NCBI GenBank assembly: GCA_965644295.1
Contig: CBFFRP010000297.1
Coordinates: 434,001-498,000, forward strand
Length of the DNA: 64,000 nt
Reading direction: 5' to 3'
Origin: Paraphysomonas bandaiensis
Lineage: Eukaryota > Protista > Chrysophyceae
The notes below the pieces were generated by a model, which was not told the origin of the DNA, ran no database searches, and saw nothing but the letters and a program-made list of their open reading frames with translations. Shown here piece after piece: positions 27,416-40,149 of this stretch. Numbering within the stretch: the stretch's first letter is position 1; the number at the start of each line of letters is the position of its first letter. A program made the position numbers and the translations under genes.

Positions 27416-28265
27416 TCATGAAGATGGGTTCCTGCGATGCACAATGTTTCTGTGTATCTATCAGTCGTAATGAAAAAGGAAAAATTAGAACACTTGATAA
27501 ATAGTTGGGCACTTACTCGTTTCATAGAAGATTTATTCGCAACGTAAAGAGGATCCCATGGCGCAGGTGTCTCCCATCGCTTCGAGCTATACCGCAAATG
27601 CAGAAAACAGAATACGAGTTATACGCGTATATAATCAGACACAATTTCATAAAAGCACAGAACGCACTTTGGATTGAACCAGGCCTCAACTACGTTCTCC
27701 TGAAAAACAGAATGTGGGGCCCGTCTTGTCGTGCTGGTCATCATGGATACAGAGAGTACAAAACCTCCAATCCCAAATAACACCAGAACCATTAGGATGC
27801 TATCATTCACAGGTTGGTGTTGTATCCCGCCTGTAGACGATGCATCTAGAAAGAGACTTGATGTGAATATGAAGCGTTAGGAATAAGCGCCTATACTCAC
27901 AGGAATGACCCTTTTGGTAACGATGTGGCCTGCGATACTGATATTGCTGACGTGACTGAGTATTCGTAGTCCTGTATCCGTTACTGCGAGTCCCCCCTAA
28001 CGACGATTCATAGAGTCGTCTGCTGCTCTCATCTTTGAGAGTATTATACGCCTCATTTATAAGCTTGAATCTCTCGGATGCATCTGGTGCTGGATTCTTA
28101 TCCGGATGATACGCCTGAGCGAGCTACAGACACATGAGTGGCTGATATACGGCCCTGACGGACACATATAGTCACCTTAAAGTATGCGTCTTTGACCTGT
28201 TTGTTGGTGGCATCTCGCGACACGTTAAGAACCTTAAAGAAATTGACTGATCGAGATGAGCTCAT
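27416..28265 (-). CDS. DnaJ (J-domain) protein with a TM segment, DNAJC4/DNAJC30-like
   Basis: [23 protein letters not shown]|[23 protein letters not shown] carries the HPD motif; later exon [16 protein letters not shown] is a TM. The 3' end is inferred from splice sites. Confidence 0.8.
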
Positions 28266-28957
28266 GCTGATGACCACACCACTATGGAGACAGATCAGCT
28301 CGAGGCGACTGTCTCACTGTTTCTCCAGGTGATGATAGTTGAGAGGGAATGAACTGACGAGTTGTGTGTGTGTATCTGTTCTGGTGTTTCAAATAACGTC
28401 ATTTTAAGTGCTTCAAATATGCAGCATATATAGAAATATATCCTATTTTTAGATTTTTTGTCTAAATATCCTATATTTTGATAGTTTTAGGAATGGAGGA
28501 TTTTTACAACAGGAGTGTATCTACAGAACATCAGCTCGACACAATGTACTTCTAGACCACGCGATGTACTTTCACACCTGTATATCTGTACCTGAGTAAA
28601 CTGGGAATTCCAACCCATCCCAGACCATACCGTACCGCATATCTTACCCCCGTACCGTACCGGTATGTATGGGAATGAAACGAATCATTGTTGTTCCCTT
28701 AGTCCCATCCGGTTGAAGGCTCCTCACAGACATGTCGAGAAGTACACACTCTTCTATATGTAACATACATACATATATATGTGTGTGTGTGTGTGATCGG
28801 AGTGTAGCCTATATATATATACGTGCAGTGTAGAGTACAGTTATCAGGTGTGGTAATGATCACTTTCATCTAGTCGGAGGAGAACAAGGTGCAGTGAAGA
28901 GTTCCTGTTCATGGAGAGGCACAGTATCGAGAGTCTATAGCACTGATAGTGACAGTG

Positions 28958-31626
28958 ATGGTGACCAACTCCTCTTACTATGAGGAGGAGACCTCTCACA
29001 GTGTATTCGGATACGGCTCCACTATTGATAACGGCTGGCATCTGCTGGTCGGGTTCATGATAGTGGCTCTCTATATCACATTCTGCGGAGAGTGTCTGAA
29101 TTGTTTGGAGAGATCGACGTATGGGACTGCTTATCACCTCATGCTTCAGAGAATATACAGAGAGATAATGACAGTGGGCTTAGCGGCCTTTGGCTATACT
29201 ATACTAAACTCAACCCATACCAACCTCAGTGGAGGATACTATTTAGCTTTTGGGTATGCAGACGTGTGTTCTTTTATTATGGCTGTGTTTTTCTGTGTCC
29301 AAGGGCTGTTTATTATGCTCGGGTCAGTGCGACAGTCTCGTGTGTGGTATTTCGCGGCTGAGATGTCATCTCGTGATCTACAAAAGCAAATTGCTATCAT
29401 GGAGAAGTGGAAACCTATTTTCTGGAAATGTGTTTACTTACCGTTTTGTGATGTTCGTGAGCAAGCAGAGTTTCGAATTATTCAGAGTATTTTTTCGAGC
29501 ACCTATAATATTAGTACACGTAGTCAGGAGTTTGACTTTGGAATGTTTTTGAGAATGTCGCATGAGGCCAATATTCTGTCTATTATTGAAATTCGTCCGG
29601 AGAAGTGGGTGATAATTATTCTTGTTACTCTTCTGCCAGCGCTTAAGATCGAGTTGTATGAGTCAACATGTACCAGTACTCGATGCGAAGTGCAGGAGGA
29701 GATATTTATACTCATTACACTCGGGTTCGTAAATACTGTACTATCTTTGATCCTTTTGGTGTGTGGGCGCATATCAGAATTACGGCTGCTGAGAAAAGCT
29801 GGAGTTCAGAGTGTTGCTGATTATGGTGTGTTTCTGAAAGTAGAGGAAAAGACACGACACCTTATTGCGAAGAAGAGTGTTCACTCGAGTGCCGTCAAAG
29901 CTGCTATCACGGAGTACATCACTGAAGCTGAGAATATGAAGGAGAACAAACGACTTGCAAGGCGAATCACTGCTCGCCGAAGTTCAATGGCGGCTCGAAT
30001 GAAGACAATGGCCTTGCTGAACACACGGAAGATTTCTCCAATGTCCCCTAATCCGCCAACACAAGGAAATACATTCAATTTTGGTAGCAGATCTACAAAA
30101 TCGAGCAGTGAATTTACAGATAGAGTGGTGTCGGAGATGTCTCCTAAAAGTGTTGATGTGGTTGAAGAAAATAGTGTTCGCCCATACCCATCACCAAGAT
30201 TATCGATATACAGTAACCCAGTGGATACCATTACCACTGGTGACTCGACCTCTAATTCATCCGCACCCACGGCTTTACACAAACAAAGAACCCCACCTAA
30301 AGACGGGTACATACAGCACACCACTTCCACTGTCGGTGATGGATTTGTAATTGCTCCGTTGTTCTCTGAGAGCAGCGAGGAAGAAGATGACTTCTTCGAT
30401 GAATGCCCACTTGATCGTGATTTGGCTACGGATGGTCGAGATTTAGAAAATCAGACACAGCCCCGCACCTCTATAACGCAGTCATCTATACCTCATTCCC
30501 CCGATGCTGCTGACGGAGATAATTCATTGAACAAGAGGCCCCAGGAGAGGCGGCGTAGTTCCCTGCTGAATATTACCGCCGATATGTTCTCGCGCTTAAA
30601 CGCTGCTGCTATATCATCCGGAAGTGATGCTAGTAAGCCTCAATCCCGCAGAAATTCAGTCGTCAAACCGCCTAGTTTTCTTCGCGCTATTAGTGGAAAG
30701 GGGCATGGTGACACGAGCAGGCCACGACGAATGTCTCGAAATCGCCAGAGTTTTATGTCTCGAATGAGTGGTCTAACGAGAATGCGTGAAGGGAAATCAG
30801 ATTTCAAAGAGTTACTAAAGAAGAACTCTGGAAAACTTATATTTAATGACATATTTTTGTTCGGTATGCCACAGCTCTACTTCGGCCTCATGAGTTTGGT
30901 TATCACGTGCAACTCGCTCTACCTTGCCTGGTGGACTACTAACTTTCTTATGTTTATTTTAAAACTGAAAGACATATCAGACACTTCTATGCTTATTGCC
31001 CTGTCCGCCCTACCGCCCCTTTTAACGTTTCCGTTTCTATATCTAGCTGTGAAAGCTTCCTCGATACTCAAAGCGCTCAGCCGGCTCGATCTTGATATTG
31101 TGTCTGCAGTAGTGGAAAAAACAGAATCTAACGCCGCAACGAAGCGATTTTTTAGGGAACTCTGTATGAATTTAGTGAAGGATTCTGTCAATCCTAAGAT
31201 GGCACTGAACGATTTATTTGAAGAGTATAGCGTGGATGGTATCACGCTTCATTGGGATGAGTTCCAGAGTTTAGTTATTAACTCAAAGATACATTTGACA
31301 CAGCAAAAGCTGCGGTATTTATACGACTCGATGTTGCCGTCGAAATCCAAATGCATCACAGCCAAGGTATCTATATATATATGTTACTCTATGTGTGTTG
31401 TTAATTGATGATTGCGCAGGATTTTGAAAGATTTGTATTTGGTGAGCCTGTTGATAATATCACTGAACAGAACAACGAGCAACAAAGTGATACCATTGTG
31501 GTTATTGATTCAGACAGCATGAAAGAATCTGCGTCGAGAATATTGGATTTTTTGGACCCCAATGTTCAACTTGGCATATCTATTGTTGTGGATGAAGCAG
31601 CACGAATTGAGGAAGTTTGTGCGTAA
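28958..31626 (+). CDS. MLO-family 7-TM protein with C-terminal EF-hand-like region
   Basis: MLO-like motifs LQRIYREIMTVGLAAF, FDFGMFL, DIFLFGMPQL. C-terminal LFEEYSVDGITLHWDEF and LYDSM...ITAK|DFERFVF look like degenerate EF hands; intron 31367-31419. Confidence 0.7.
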
Positions 31627-32317
31627 TATTTATATCCTTTTTGAGTTTATGTGATGCAGTATTGTGTTCGCTTGAATTTGAACTTCGCAAGTGGTCTATG
31701 CATCAGCATCAACACTCCACGGGATTCGTACCTTCGTAACGAATTATACTGCAGGATAACTGTCCGGATATCTCACTTGTCTATATGAAAATTTTTGAGA
31801 ACTACACTGCGCGTACTTTGAGACATCTAGTACCGGCTATACCAAATATAATGCACTATGATGAAATTGTTCTCACTATAATTTCTATTATTTCCGTACT
31901 CTTATATGTGAGTACGTTGCTTTAAATAGAGTAAACTATAAATAACGATTATATTTTTGTGCCGATTATGTGATATATTAGGGCACTGTGTTTCGTAGTT
32001 ATATGTTATATAATATTGAACAAACAAATGCTGTATTTTAAGGTTTATGAATATTACAGCTACTTGAATTATGCATTTGTGATAACTACTTGAATTGTAA
32101 CAGCTATATGCAATCATAGTCAATTGTCAGAGAGCAGAATTATATTATCCCCATTTTGTCTCAAAAAAGCTTTTTTTTGACATGATTTCAGCACCCGGGA
32201 AAATATAGACATTCCATGGCATTCAACTTCAATATTCGGTTCAACAGAAGCTTACTTCATCTTAATACTTAATAATGATAATGACAGTCATATGTACGTG
32301 ATTTCATTATATTACAC

Positions 32318-33354
32318 CGGGGCTGCGTACAATTAACTGCAATTATTTAGTACTTCAATACACCAGCTGCCAATATAGCTACCTCAACTGTCATTTCATT
32401 CCAGAGGCAATCATTCATGCGTAAAAACATAAATGTTGAGGAGTTAAGCTCTTGCGCAAGTCCGTCATAACAATCGTAGCTCTACTGAACAACCTTTCAA
32501 CCTTAAAGGTTGTGGCATGCAATTGTTTCATGCTGCGGTAACGAGTTTGCTGGTTAAGTCTTGCTCGCTTCCGTTGCCTGCTACCATCAAACAAACGTTG
32601 CGCTGCGTCGTCACTCGGAACTAGACTCGCACCGTCATAATCTTCTTCTTCCTCATCGAACAAAAAAATTTTAATTTGATCCTTTGCCCTCCGAGTTACG
32701 GCTTCGTCGCCACATTGAATCTTCACGACTGCCTTTTCGAAAGCAACGTTATATGAATAAAAGCAGCATTGTCGCCCAGGTGACGCTCAACAATCGGGTG
32801 CCTTATGAAGAGTTTATCCAAAAATATTATATTGTAAGGATACTCTAGTTGAAACAATTCCTATTCCTCCCGTGTTGCACGAGCTTGGCATGCTCCTTTT
32901 CACTTGCCATTATTAGACTTAACACATCGGAACCAAACTCGAATGATCGTATATGATTAGATAGAAGCAAGTAGTAGCGGTCAAACACGGAAAATGTGGA
33001 GCCCCTTTTCCTGCAGGAAATCTTTATTGCAGCCTCTTTCGTTGTTATTATCATTTACTTTATCAAGGAACTCTCGTGAAATAACTTCTGGTGCCAGTTT
33101 GTCACTTATACCGCTAATTAAGTATATAGAATTACTATGTGAGATAATCCAATGGATATTATAGTCTTTCACCAATCTTCGATTGTTTCAATAAAAATGC
33201 CGTTTTTAACAATTTCTTAGCATTAAAGGGTGGGTTTTTTAATATCAATTAATTGAAGCTAGCTGGAGTCAATTAGAATTGCAATTATGATTTGATGTCC
33301 CAATTTCAATAATTGACAATAAATTGAAAATAAATTAATTGATACGCAGCCCTG
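32318..33354 (-). mobile_element. Defective hAT DNA transposon with TIRs and 8-bp TSD
   Basis: Termini cggggctgcgtacaattaa...ttaattgatacgcagccctg, with identical tattacac at 32310-32317 and 33355-33362. Internal fragments FEKAVVKIQ and VERLFSRATIVMTDLRKSLTP are hAT dimerisation-region motifs. Confidence 0.88.
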
Positions 33355-33406
33355 TATTACACAACTGTAGAGAGAAACCACAATCATGAGTTAAATCATT
33401 AGACAC

Positions 33407-33560
33407 TAGGGCTGCGTATCAATTAATTGTCAAAATTGATGCAGGATGTAGTCAATTATAATTGCAATTATTAGTTTTGCTGTCTAATTGACACTTCAAG
33501 TTATATCCCACCCTTTGATATAACTAGAAATTTAAAGATATGCTATGAAGTAGTTTATAT
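33407..33560. mobile_element. Truncated end of the same hAT family
   Basis: Begins tagggctgcgtatcaattaattg and matches the reverse complement of the right end of 34166-34572. The right boundary is approximate. Confidence 0.7.
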
Positions 33561-33805
33561 GGACTCAAAGCAATATATTGATAGAATAAGATCAGAGGGC
33601 AGTATCATTGGTAGTAGTGAGTGTATAGATTTATCATTTACCTCCATTTTGTCTCAAAAAAGCGCTTTTCTGACCTGAAATAGATTAACAGAACGCATAT
33701 ATTATTAGCACTGGGCAAATATAGACATTCTTTGGACAGAAACTCATTAATATGATCTTAATTATGTATTTTTGACAGACATTTTTATGTTACTTAAATA
33801 TTATT

Positions 33806-33910
33806 CCCTCAACAAAGTCGGACTCGCGACTCGCACCTTTTCACGGTGTTCTGGGGATAAGTAACGGAGATATTTCACCGGGAAACTAACGTGAGTCGCA
33901 TATATTGTCA
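33806..33910. repeat. Dispersed repeat shared with 39168-39265 (hAT-derived)
   Basis: ccctcaacaaagtcggactc...ggtgttct.gggataagta...aaactaacgtgagtcgca.atattgt is present at both loci. Confidence 0.75.
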
Positions 33911-34165
33911 TACAAGAATTGCTGGTGCAATAGGAAATAGGAATAATTACAGAAACTGCCCTAATAGAGACGAGATGTTAGAGACCGTTCAACAACTCAG
34001 CATAAAAATGAAAGGAGTACGGATGATGGCGATATGGCTACAATGTGTGTTTAATCCCAACATCAGTATCGGATATATGAAGCTAAATAGTTTCAGTATA
34101 ATAGAGTGTTGTAGTAGGCTGTGTCACTACTCTTCTAATAGTAGCAATATACTGATTGCAAATAG

Positions 34166-34572
34166 CAGGGCTGCGTATCAATTAATTGTCAATTATTGAA
34201 ATTTTAATAATTGAAATTAGGACATTGCAATTATAATTGACTCCAGCTAGCTTCAACTACTTGTCAATAATTGCAATTAGCCGAAATCCAATATTTAAGA
34301 TAAAAACCGAAGATAGATAAAAGACAAAAAACTACAGTATCCGAAAAGATAAGCTGGTACCAGAAGTCATTACATGAGTGTTTTTACGCATGAACCGTCG
34401 CATCTGGAATGAAATGACACTTGAGATTTGAGATAGCTATAATGTAGTTTAGTACTAAATAATTGCAGTTAATTGCAATAATTGAAATTGAGACAGCAAG
34501 TAATAATGGCAATTATAATTTTCTACAACAACCTGCGTCAATTAATTGCAAATTAATTGATACGCAGCCCTG
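34166..34572. mobile_element. hAT-family MITE (407 bp)
   Basis: TIRs cagggctgcgtatcaattaa / ttaattgatacgcagccctg. Flanks gcaaatag vs gtaaatgg form a degenerate 8-bp TSD (6/8 match). Confidence 0.82.
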
Positions 34573-34997
34573 GTAAATGGTTAATAGAATAAAGCATTAT
34601 ACTCAAGTATATGAAGTGCAGAAACGACAAACTATGAGTCATACAATTGCTAAAATTATACAGGATGTGTGGACAAGCGAGATGAGATACTAAGACCTCT
34701 ACGTCGGTATCATCCAAACCTAAAGCCATGCCTTTATTTCTGATATATCTTAATGTGAAATATGGCAATATAATAATAATAATCAATCTATGTTGTACAG
34801 ATAGTATGTACAAACTTAAGCATATACAATAGAGAGCTCATATAGCATAGAATAACCTGATAGCTGGTTATTACAGAGACACTGTGTTTCTTATAGTTTC
34901 GACCCATTATTAACTTACACGCAATAATAAAGACATGGATAGAACTTATACATCACTATTGTCAAGTTGGTAACTGGCATTTTTCTTAACCTGAGTC

Positions 34998-36407
34998 TTA
35001 ATTAATCCCTAGTAAATGATACCTGACGAAGAATGCTACTGCAGTACTAGCAACCTGAATACCCAAGAGAACTAGACAGAGTGTTTTTTCGTGTAGTGGC
35101 CCACACACGCGCAGCACGGCGCAAATGATAGTACAATTTGGACATTCCCTATCGTCTGGACGAACCTTAAAAAGTCGATACTCGCCAGGCTCACAAGGGA
35201 ATGCGGAATAGTAGAGAGTTTGATCCTTAGCGTTTACACGTGGCAAGCGGTGGCGCGGACAAGGTATAATCTTGAACAGTTGCGGAACCGAGTAAATGAA
35301 ATTAAATATCTGTGGGAGAAAAAGAAGCAGGAGAGTTTTGCTGAAATGCCCGTGTATACCAATAACTGCAAATGTCATGCCAGCAAAATAGCAGTAAGTA
35401 TCTCCAACAAACACATCAGCAGGAAACCAATTATGTCTTAATAATCCGAGTGACACAGCAACAAATGGTATTACGAGAACTACGGAAAACATCTGGCTTT
35501 CTCCAAACCCTACATGGGGGATCTCATAAAGCTTGAAAAAAAGTAGACTACAGGCAATGATATATGACTGTCCAACCTCAAGACCGTTGATACCTAAATA
35601 TTGCATCAGTACAGTATACTTTATCCATCCATTTCTTACCTGCATATATATTGATAGCATTCGTGCAGAAAACTGACAAAAGACCCATATATAACAGGAA
35701 CACATAGCCAAGTTCTATAATCGCACCGCCTGCATTTGTATCGACAACTACAACTAGATCTAACATCTTTCCAAGCGTTGTCAGCTGATCACCAACCATT
35801 AGTAGCTCTCGGAATGGTTCTGGAACGTACAGGGCTGTGCTTCCTGAGTACGATACCAGCAGAGGCAGAGATGCAAGGGTAGGTAGAATTAACTTGTACC
35901 TCCACTTCAATTCAAGAGTGTCGTCAGTAAAACCCAGAAATATCATAAAGCATATTGAAAAGAGTGCCGAATTGAACACAGTCAGCTACAAAATAAAATC
36001 GATTACAGCACACAAAAAGAGCAGTACGTTTAACCTGTTCACAGTTATGCGCAAACAAAAGCTGGGAGGCTATCGTGCATATAAGAAAAACTGTACCACT
36101 ACATATCCCTAGTCCCTCTGGGCTATAAACACAACACTGACCATAAGATATGAGCGGCATCAGTCACTTACATGTCTCTGTGTTCGATCGGAGTCCCCTT
36201 CTTTCCTAAATCTTTACCACTCATTCCACACTTCTTCGTATATTCAGCAATAATAGGGACTAATGATACAGTCACAACTAATCCTAATACAGCCACAACA
36301 ACAGCTATACATATAACACGCCGAGCAGATGGATCGTCTATACCATGGAACAACAACACCGATGGTAACAACGGCAGTATAGCGAATATAATGTCGACAA
36401 CAGACAT
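34998..36407 (-). CDS. DPAGT1: UDP-GlcNAc:dolichyl-phosphate GlcNAc-1-phosphotransferase
   Basis: [74 protein letters not shown]; three introns. Confidence 0.96.
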
Positions 36408-36598
36408 CGATGGTTTCTTTATAGAACCTTCTAATGGCCTATCAGTTACCGTGTTATCAATCTATGACTCGTCTATTAAAGTTCATCATAGTCCTAGACT
36501 CACATACAGCAGACACGTACATAGAGCAGACACCTGCACACTGACACGTGGACTACAGTACGTATATGCTGTATATGTATGTACAGCAGTGGTGCATG

Positions 36599-36600
<2 letters not shown>

Positions 36601-36630
<30 letters not shown>

Positions 36631-37460
36631 TGTATGTATGTATGTATGTATGTATGTATGTATGTATGTATGTATGTATGTATGTATGTATGTATGTATG
36701 TATGTATGTATGTATGTATGTATGTATGTATGTATGTATGTATGTATGTATGTATGTATGTATGTATGTATGTATGTATGTATGTATGTATGTATGTATG
36801 TATGTATGTATGTATGTATGTATGTATGTATGTATGTATGTATGTATGTATGTATGTATGTATGTATGTATGTATGTATGTATGTATGTATGTATGTATG
36901 TATGTATGTATGTATGTATGTATGTATGTATGTATGTATGTATGTATGTATGTATGTATGTATGTATGTATGTATGTATGTATGTATGTATGTATGTATG
37001 TATGTATGTATGTATGTATGTATGTATGTATGTATGTATGTATGTATGTATGTATGTATGTATGTATGTATGTATGTATGTATGTATGTATGTATGTATG
37101 TATGTATGTATGTATGTATGTATTTATGTATGTATGTATGTATGTATGTATGTATGTATGTATGTATGTATGTATGTATGTATGTATGTATGTATGTATG
37201 TATGTATGTATGTATGTATGTATGTATGTATGTGTGTATGTATGTATGTATGTATGTATGTATGTATGTATGTATGTATGTATGTATGTATGTATGTATG
37301 TATGTATGTATGTATGTATGTATGTATGTATGTATGTATGTATGTATGTATGTATGTATGTATGTATGTATGTATGTATGTATGTATGTATGTATGTATG
37401 TATGTATGTATGTATGTATGTATGTATGTATGTATGTATGTATGTATGTATGTATGTATG
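36601..37460. repeat. (TATG)n microsatellite, ~860 bp (~215 units)
   Basis: Near-perfect run with single-base variants near 37124 and 37234, followed by a short (TG)n. Confidence 0.99.
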
Positions 37461-37608
37461 TGTGTGTGTTGGATTATTTCGGGCGATATACAGTCATATA
37501 TACAATCAGAGACACAACGATAGCACCAACCCTACAACATAACTACATACTCTACCCTGTCCGTTCCGAAGGCCTAGGAGAGTTGTTTTATTAATCGGGT
37601 ACTCTATC

Positions 37609-38476
37609 ATGAGTTCTCTTAAGGTGATAGTGATGGGTGTTGGTGGTGTTGGCAAGTCTGCTATTACCAACAGGTTTGTTGTAGGTAGATGGATAGAGAA
37701 GGTATGTACATGTTGTGTTGTTTACATTACAAATGATTTGAATCTTTCTTTCAGTACGACCCTACCGTTGAAGAGTCTTACTTGACCACCGTCGATATAG
37801 ATGGGAAGGCACTTCAGGTTGAGATTCTTGACACCGCGGGACAGGCAGAGTATACCCCTCTGCGAGAGACATTTATGCATACTGGAGATGGATTTCTTTT
37901 GATTTACAGCATTACGGATGATCAAACACTTGAAGATCTTCGAGAGATTCGGGAGCAGATCTTGCGCGTACACACCAATCAGGATGTACGTGACAGTAAA
38001 TTGCCCTCTGTTATACGAAATGTTTACATGTGCTCATGTTCAGGTACCTATGGTAGTTGTGGGAAATAAGTTGGACCGACAGAATCCCGACAGAGCAGTA
38101 TCCTCTGAGGAGGGGACCGCTCTTGCGGAGGAATTTGGGGCGTCTTACCTTGAAGTGTCGGTTAGTGTACCTAGTATGAGAGTACCTATGATTCCTTGAC
38201 TGTGATTAGGCGAAAGAGAATTTCAAAGTACGTGAAGCATTCGAAACTCTCATCCGCAAGATTCTGTCGGAGAAACCTGGGGCAGGCCTTGGGGAGGGTT
38301 CTGGCGGAGTCTTCGGTGCAGGGGTAGACAACAGGTATGAACAAAAGCTCGAAACTCACCACTTATTGATGTGCTATTAAATGATTAGGGAACCGGAGCA
38401 AGCACCTTCAGTCAAGTTGAAATCCAAGACTTCTAATGCTTCTGACAAGAAAGGAATAAAGTGTGTTATTCTGTAG
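37609..38476 (+). CDS. Ras-subfamily small GTPase with CAAX box
   Basis: G1 GVGGVGKS, effector YDPTVEESY, G3 DTAGQ, G4 NKLD, G5 SAK; ends KKGIKCVIL*; four introns. Confidence 0.93.
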
Positions 38477-39119
38477 TTAAGTGCGGGTTGCTTGCCAACA
38501 GTTATTGACGACTGGAGTCTATTTATGGACAGCCCACCTATCTATAGTATTGTCTTGTGTGGAGTGTTTTTACCGTGCATTAAGTAAGACGTGTTATTGG
38601 ATTAATTCGTCTGAATTTTCCTGTACTTTACACAGTGTTATGTTGGTGTACTCCTAAAAGATGTTCCGGTTTGCTCCCAACCGATGAATTGCACTATGAT
38701 ATCTCTCATATACCTCAATACATAAAAAACTGGAAAAGGAGATTTCCTTTGAATAACGTAACGTAGTCATATCACAGGCTAATATATATAATTATTCGTT
38801 TTATGTATTCATACTATATTCCACAAATAACACAAATACATTGACGATAAATCAATTACATTAAGTAAACTATAATATACTCAAAAACGAAGTAACTTAC
38901 GAGATACCATCAGACACAAGAATGACCAATCTTATTTTACATTGACACACTATTATTTAACTGATTACTATTATTAGAAACCTGAGTATTCTATGTTTCT
39001 TCGGGAAACTATTCGAGACTCCTAATTAAATTCATTCATCACGGTGAATTGTGTGCACATTGCACATGTAACAGTTGGCTAATTATCTAATTATCAGCTG
39101 TCAAGTGTGCTTGCAACTG

Positions 39120-39620
39120 ATATTGGCAAATAACTCAGCGTGGTGAGCATCATGTACAACTAAAGTGCCCTCAACAAAGTCGGACTCACACCCTTTCGTG
39201 GTGTTCTAGGGATAAGTACCGGGCACATTTCTCCTGTAAACTAACGTGAGTCGCAGATATTGTTATGCCCACTCATAGCCAAATGCTTGTGTGGTACAAG
39301 GGATACTAATAAGTGTCACTTGTGTAAACGTCTTTGGGACTACTTGACGAATAAACATGCATCCGGGGTATTGATCTGCCCGCTGAAGTCAAGCATCCGG
39401 GCTGTTCACCTGAAGGCAGCAGATGTCAGGTATGTCGTATATCAGCATCGTGTTTGCTCCCTGCGTTTTCTTACTCACTGTGATAGAGCGAAAGTAGTTG
39501 CACCTTGGTGCCTGCGGTGTTCCACAAACAGCTTTCCTAGAATATCAGAGTTAAGCAATATTGACTTTTAAACGCCTATTGCTAATAATAAGATATTCAC
39601 TACTGCAATAATTGAAATTG
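39120..39620. mobile_element. Degenerate hAT transposase fragments
   Basis: Shares blocks with 33806-33910 and 2231-2380. Translations resemble VERHFS and NKIFTTAIIEI (cf. FESAVVKI). Confidence 0.45.
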
Positions 39621-40149
39621 CGATATATAGTTTATAGTTTAACATATTAAGAAAATGTCAAATCATTCGTTAATTATTAGTAAGCTCACAAACGTGCACA
39701 ATCATCTTTCCGTATTAAGAAGCAAGTCATCATCTGTATACATTTCTTGCCAAATATTCTCGTTATTACACACACAGGTCGACGTCTGTGTTCAAAATAT
39801 CACATGGGAGAATTAGTAATTAAGATTTTCCTATTGTTGCAATTCTAGTTACTTGTATTTAATTGGTACATAACCCTAATAAGAGCAAGTTGTATTTGAT
39901 GAAAATTCAACTCCAATCAAACTGTGCTAAAAAGTAAATTATTACACTCATAAAAATTTCGGTGGAAATTATCATCTATTGATATGTTTGGTTATAAATT
40001 ATAACACATGTCACACATAATTACACACGCCATAGAAATCATATACACTCTCCAAACACCTCCACAAACAAACCTCATTGGTTAAAATAGAATGATTAGA
40101 ATAACTTCGTACTAGTTGTGACTGTAAATGGGTAGGATATGAAATACTC

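Noticed and set aside
36172-37594. Long MYVC-repeat ORFs in three frames
   Set aside because: Translation of the stop-free TATG microsatellite; the same applies to ORFs at 7951-8327.
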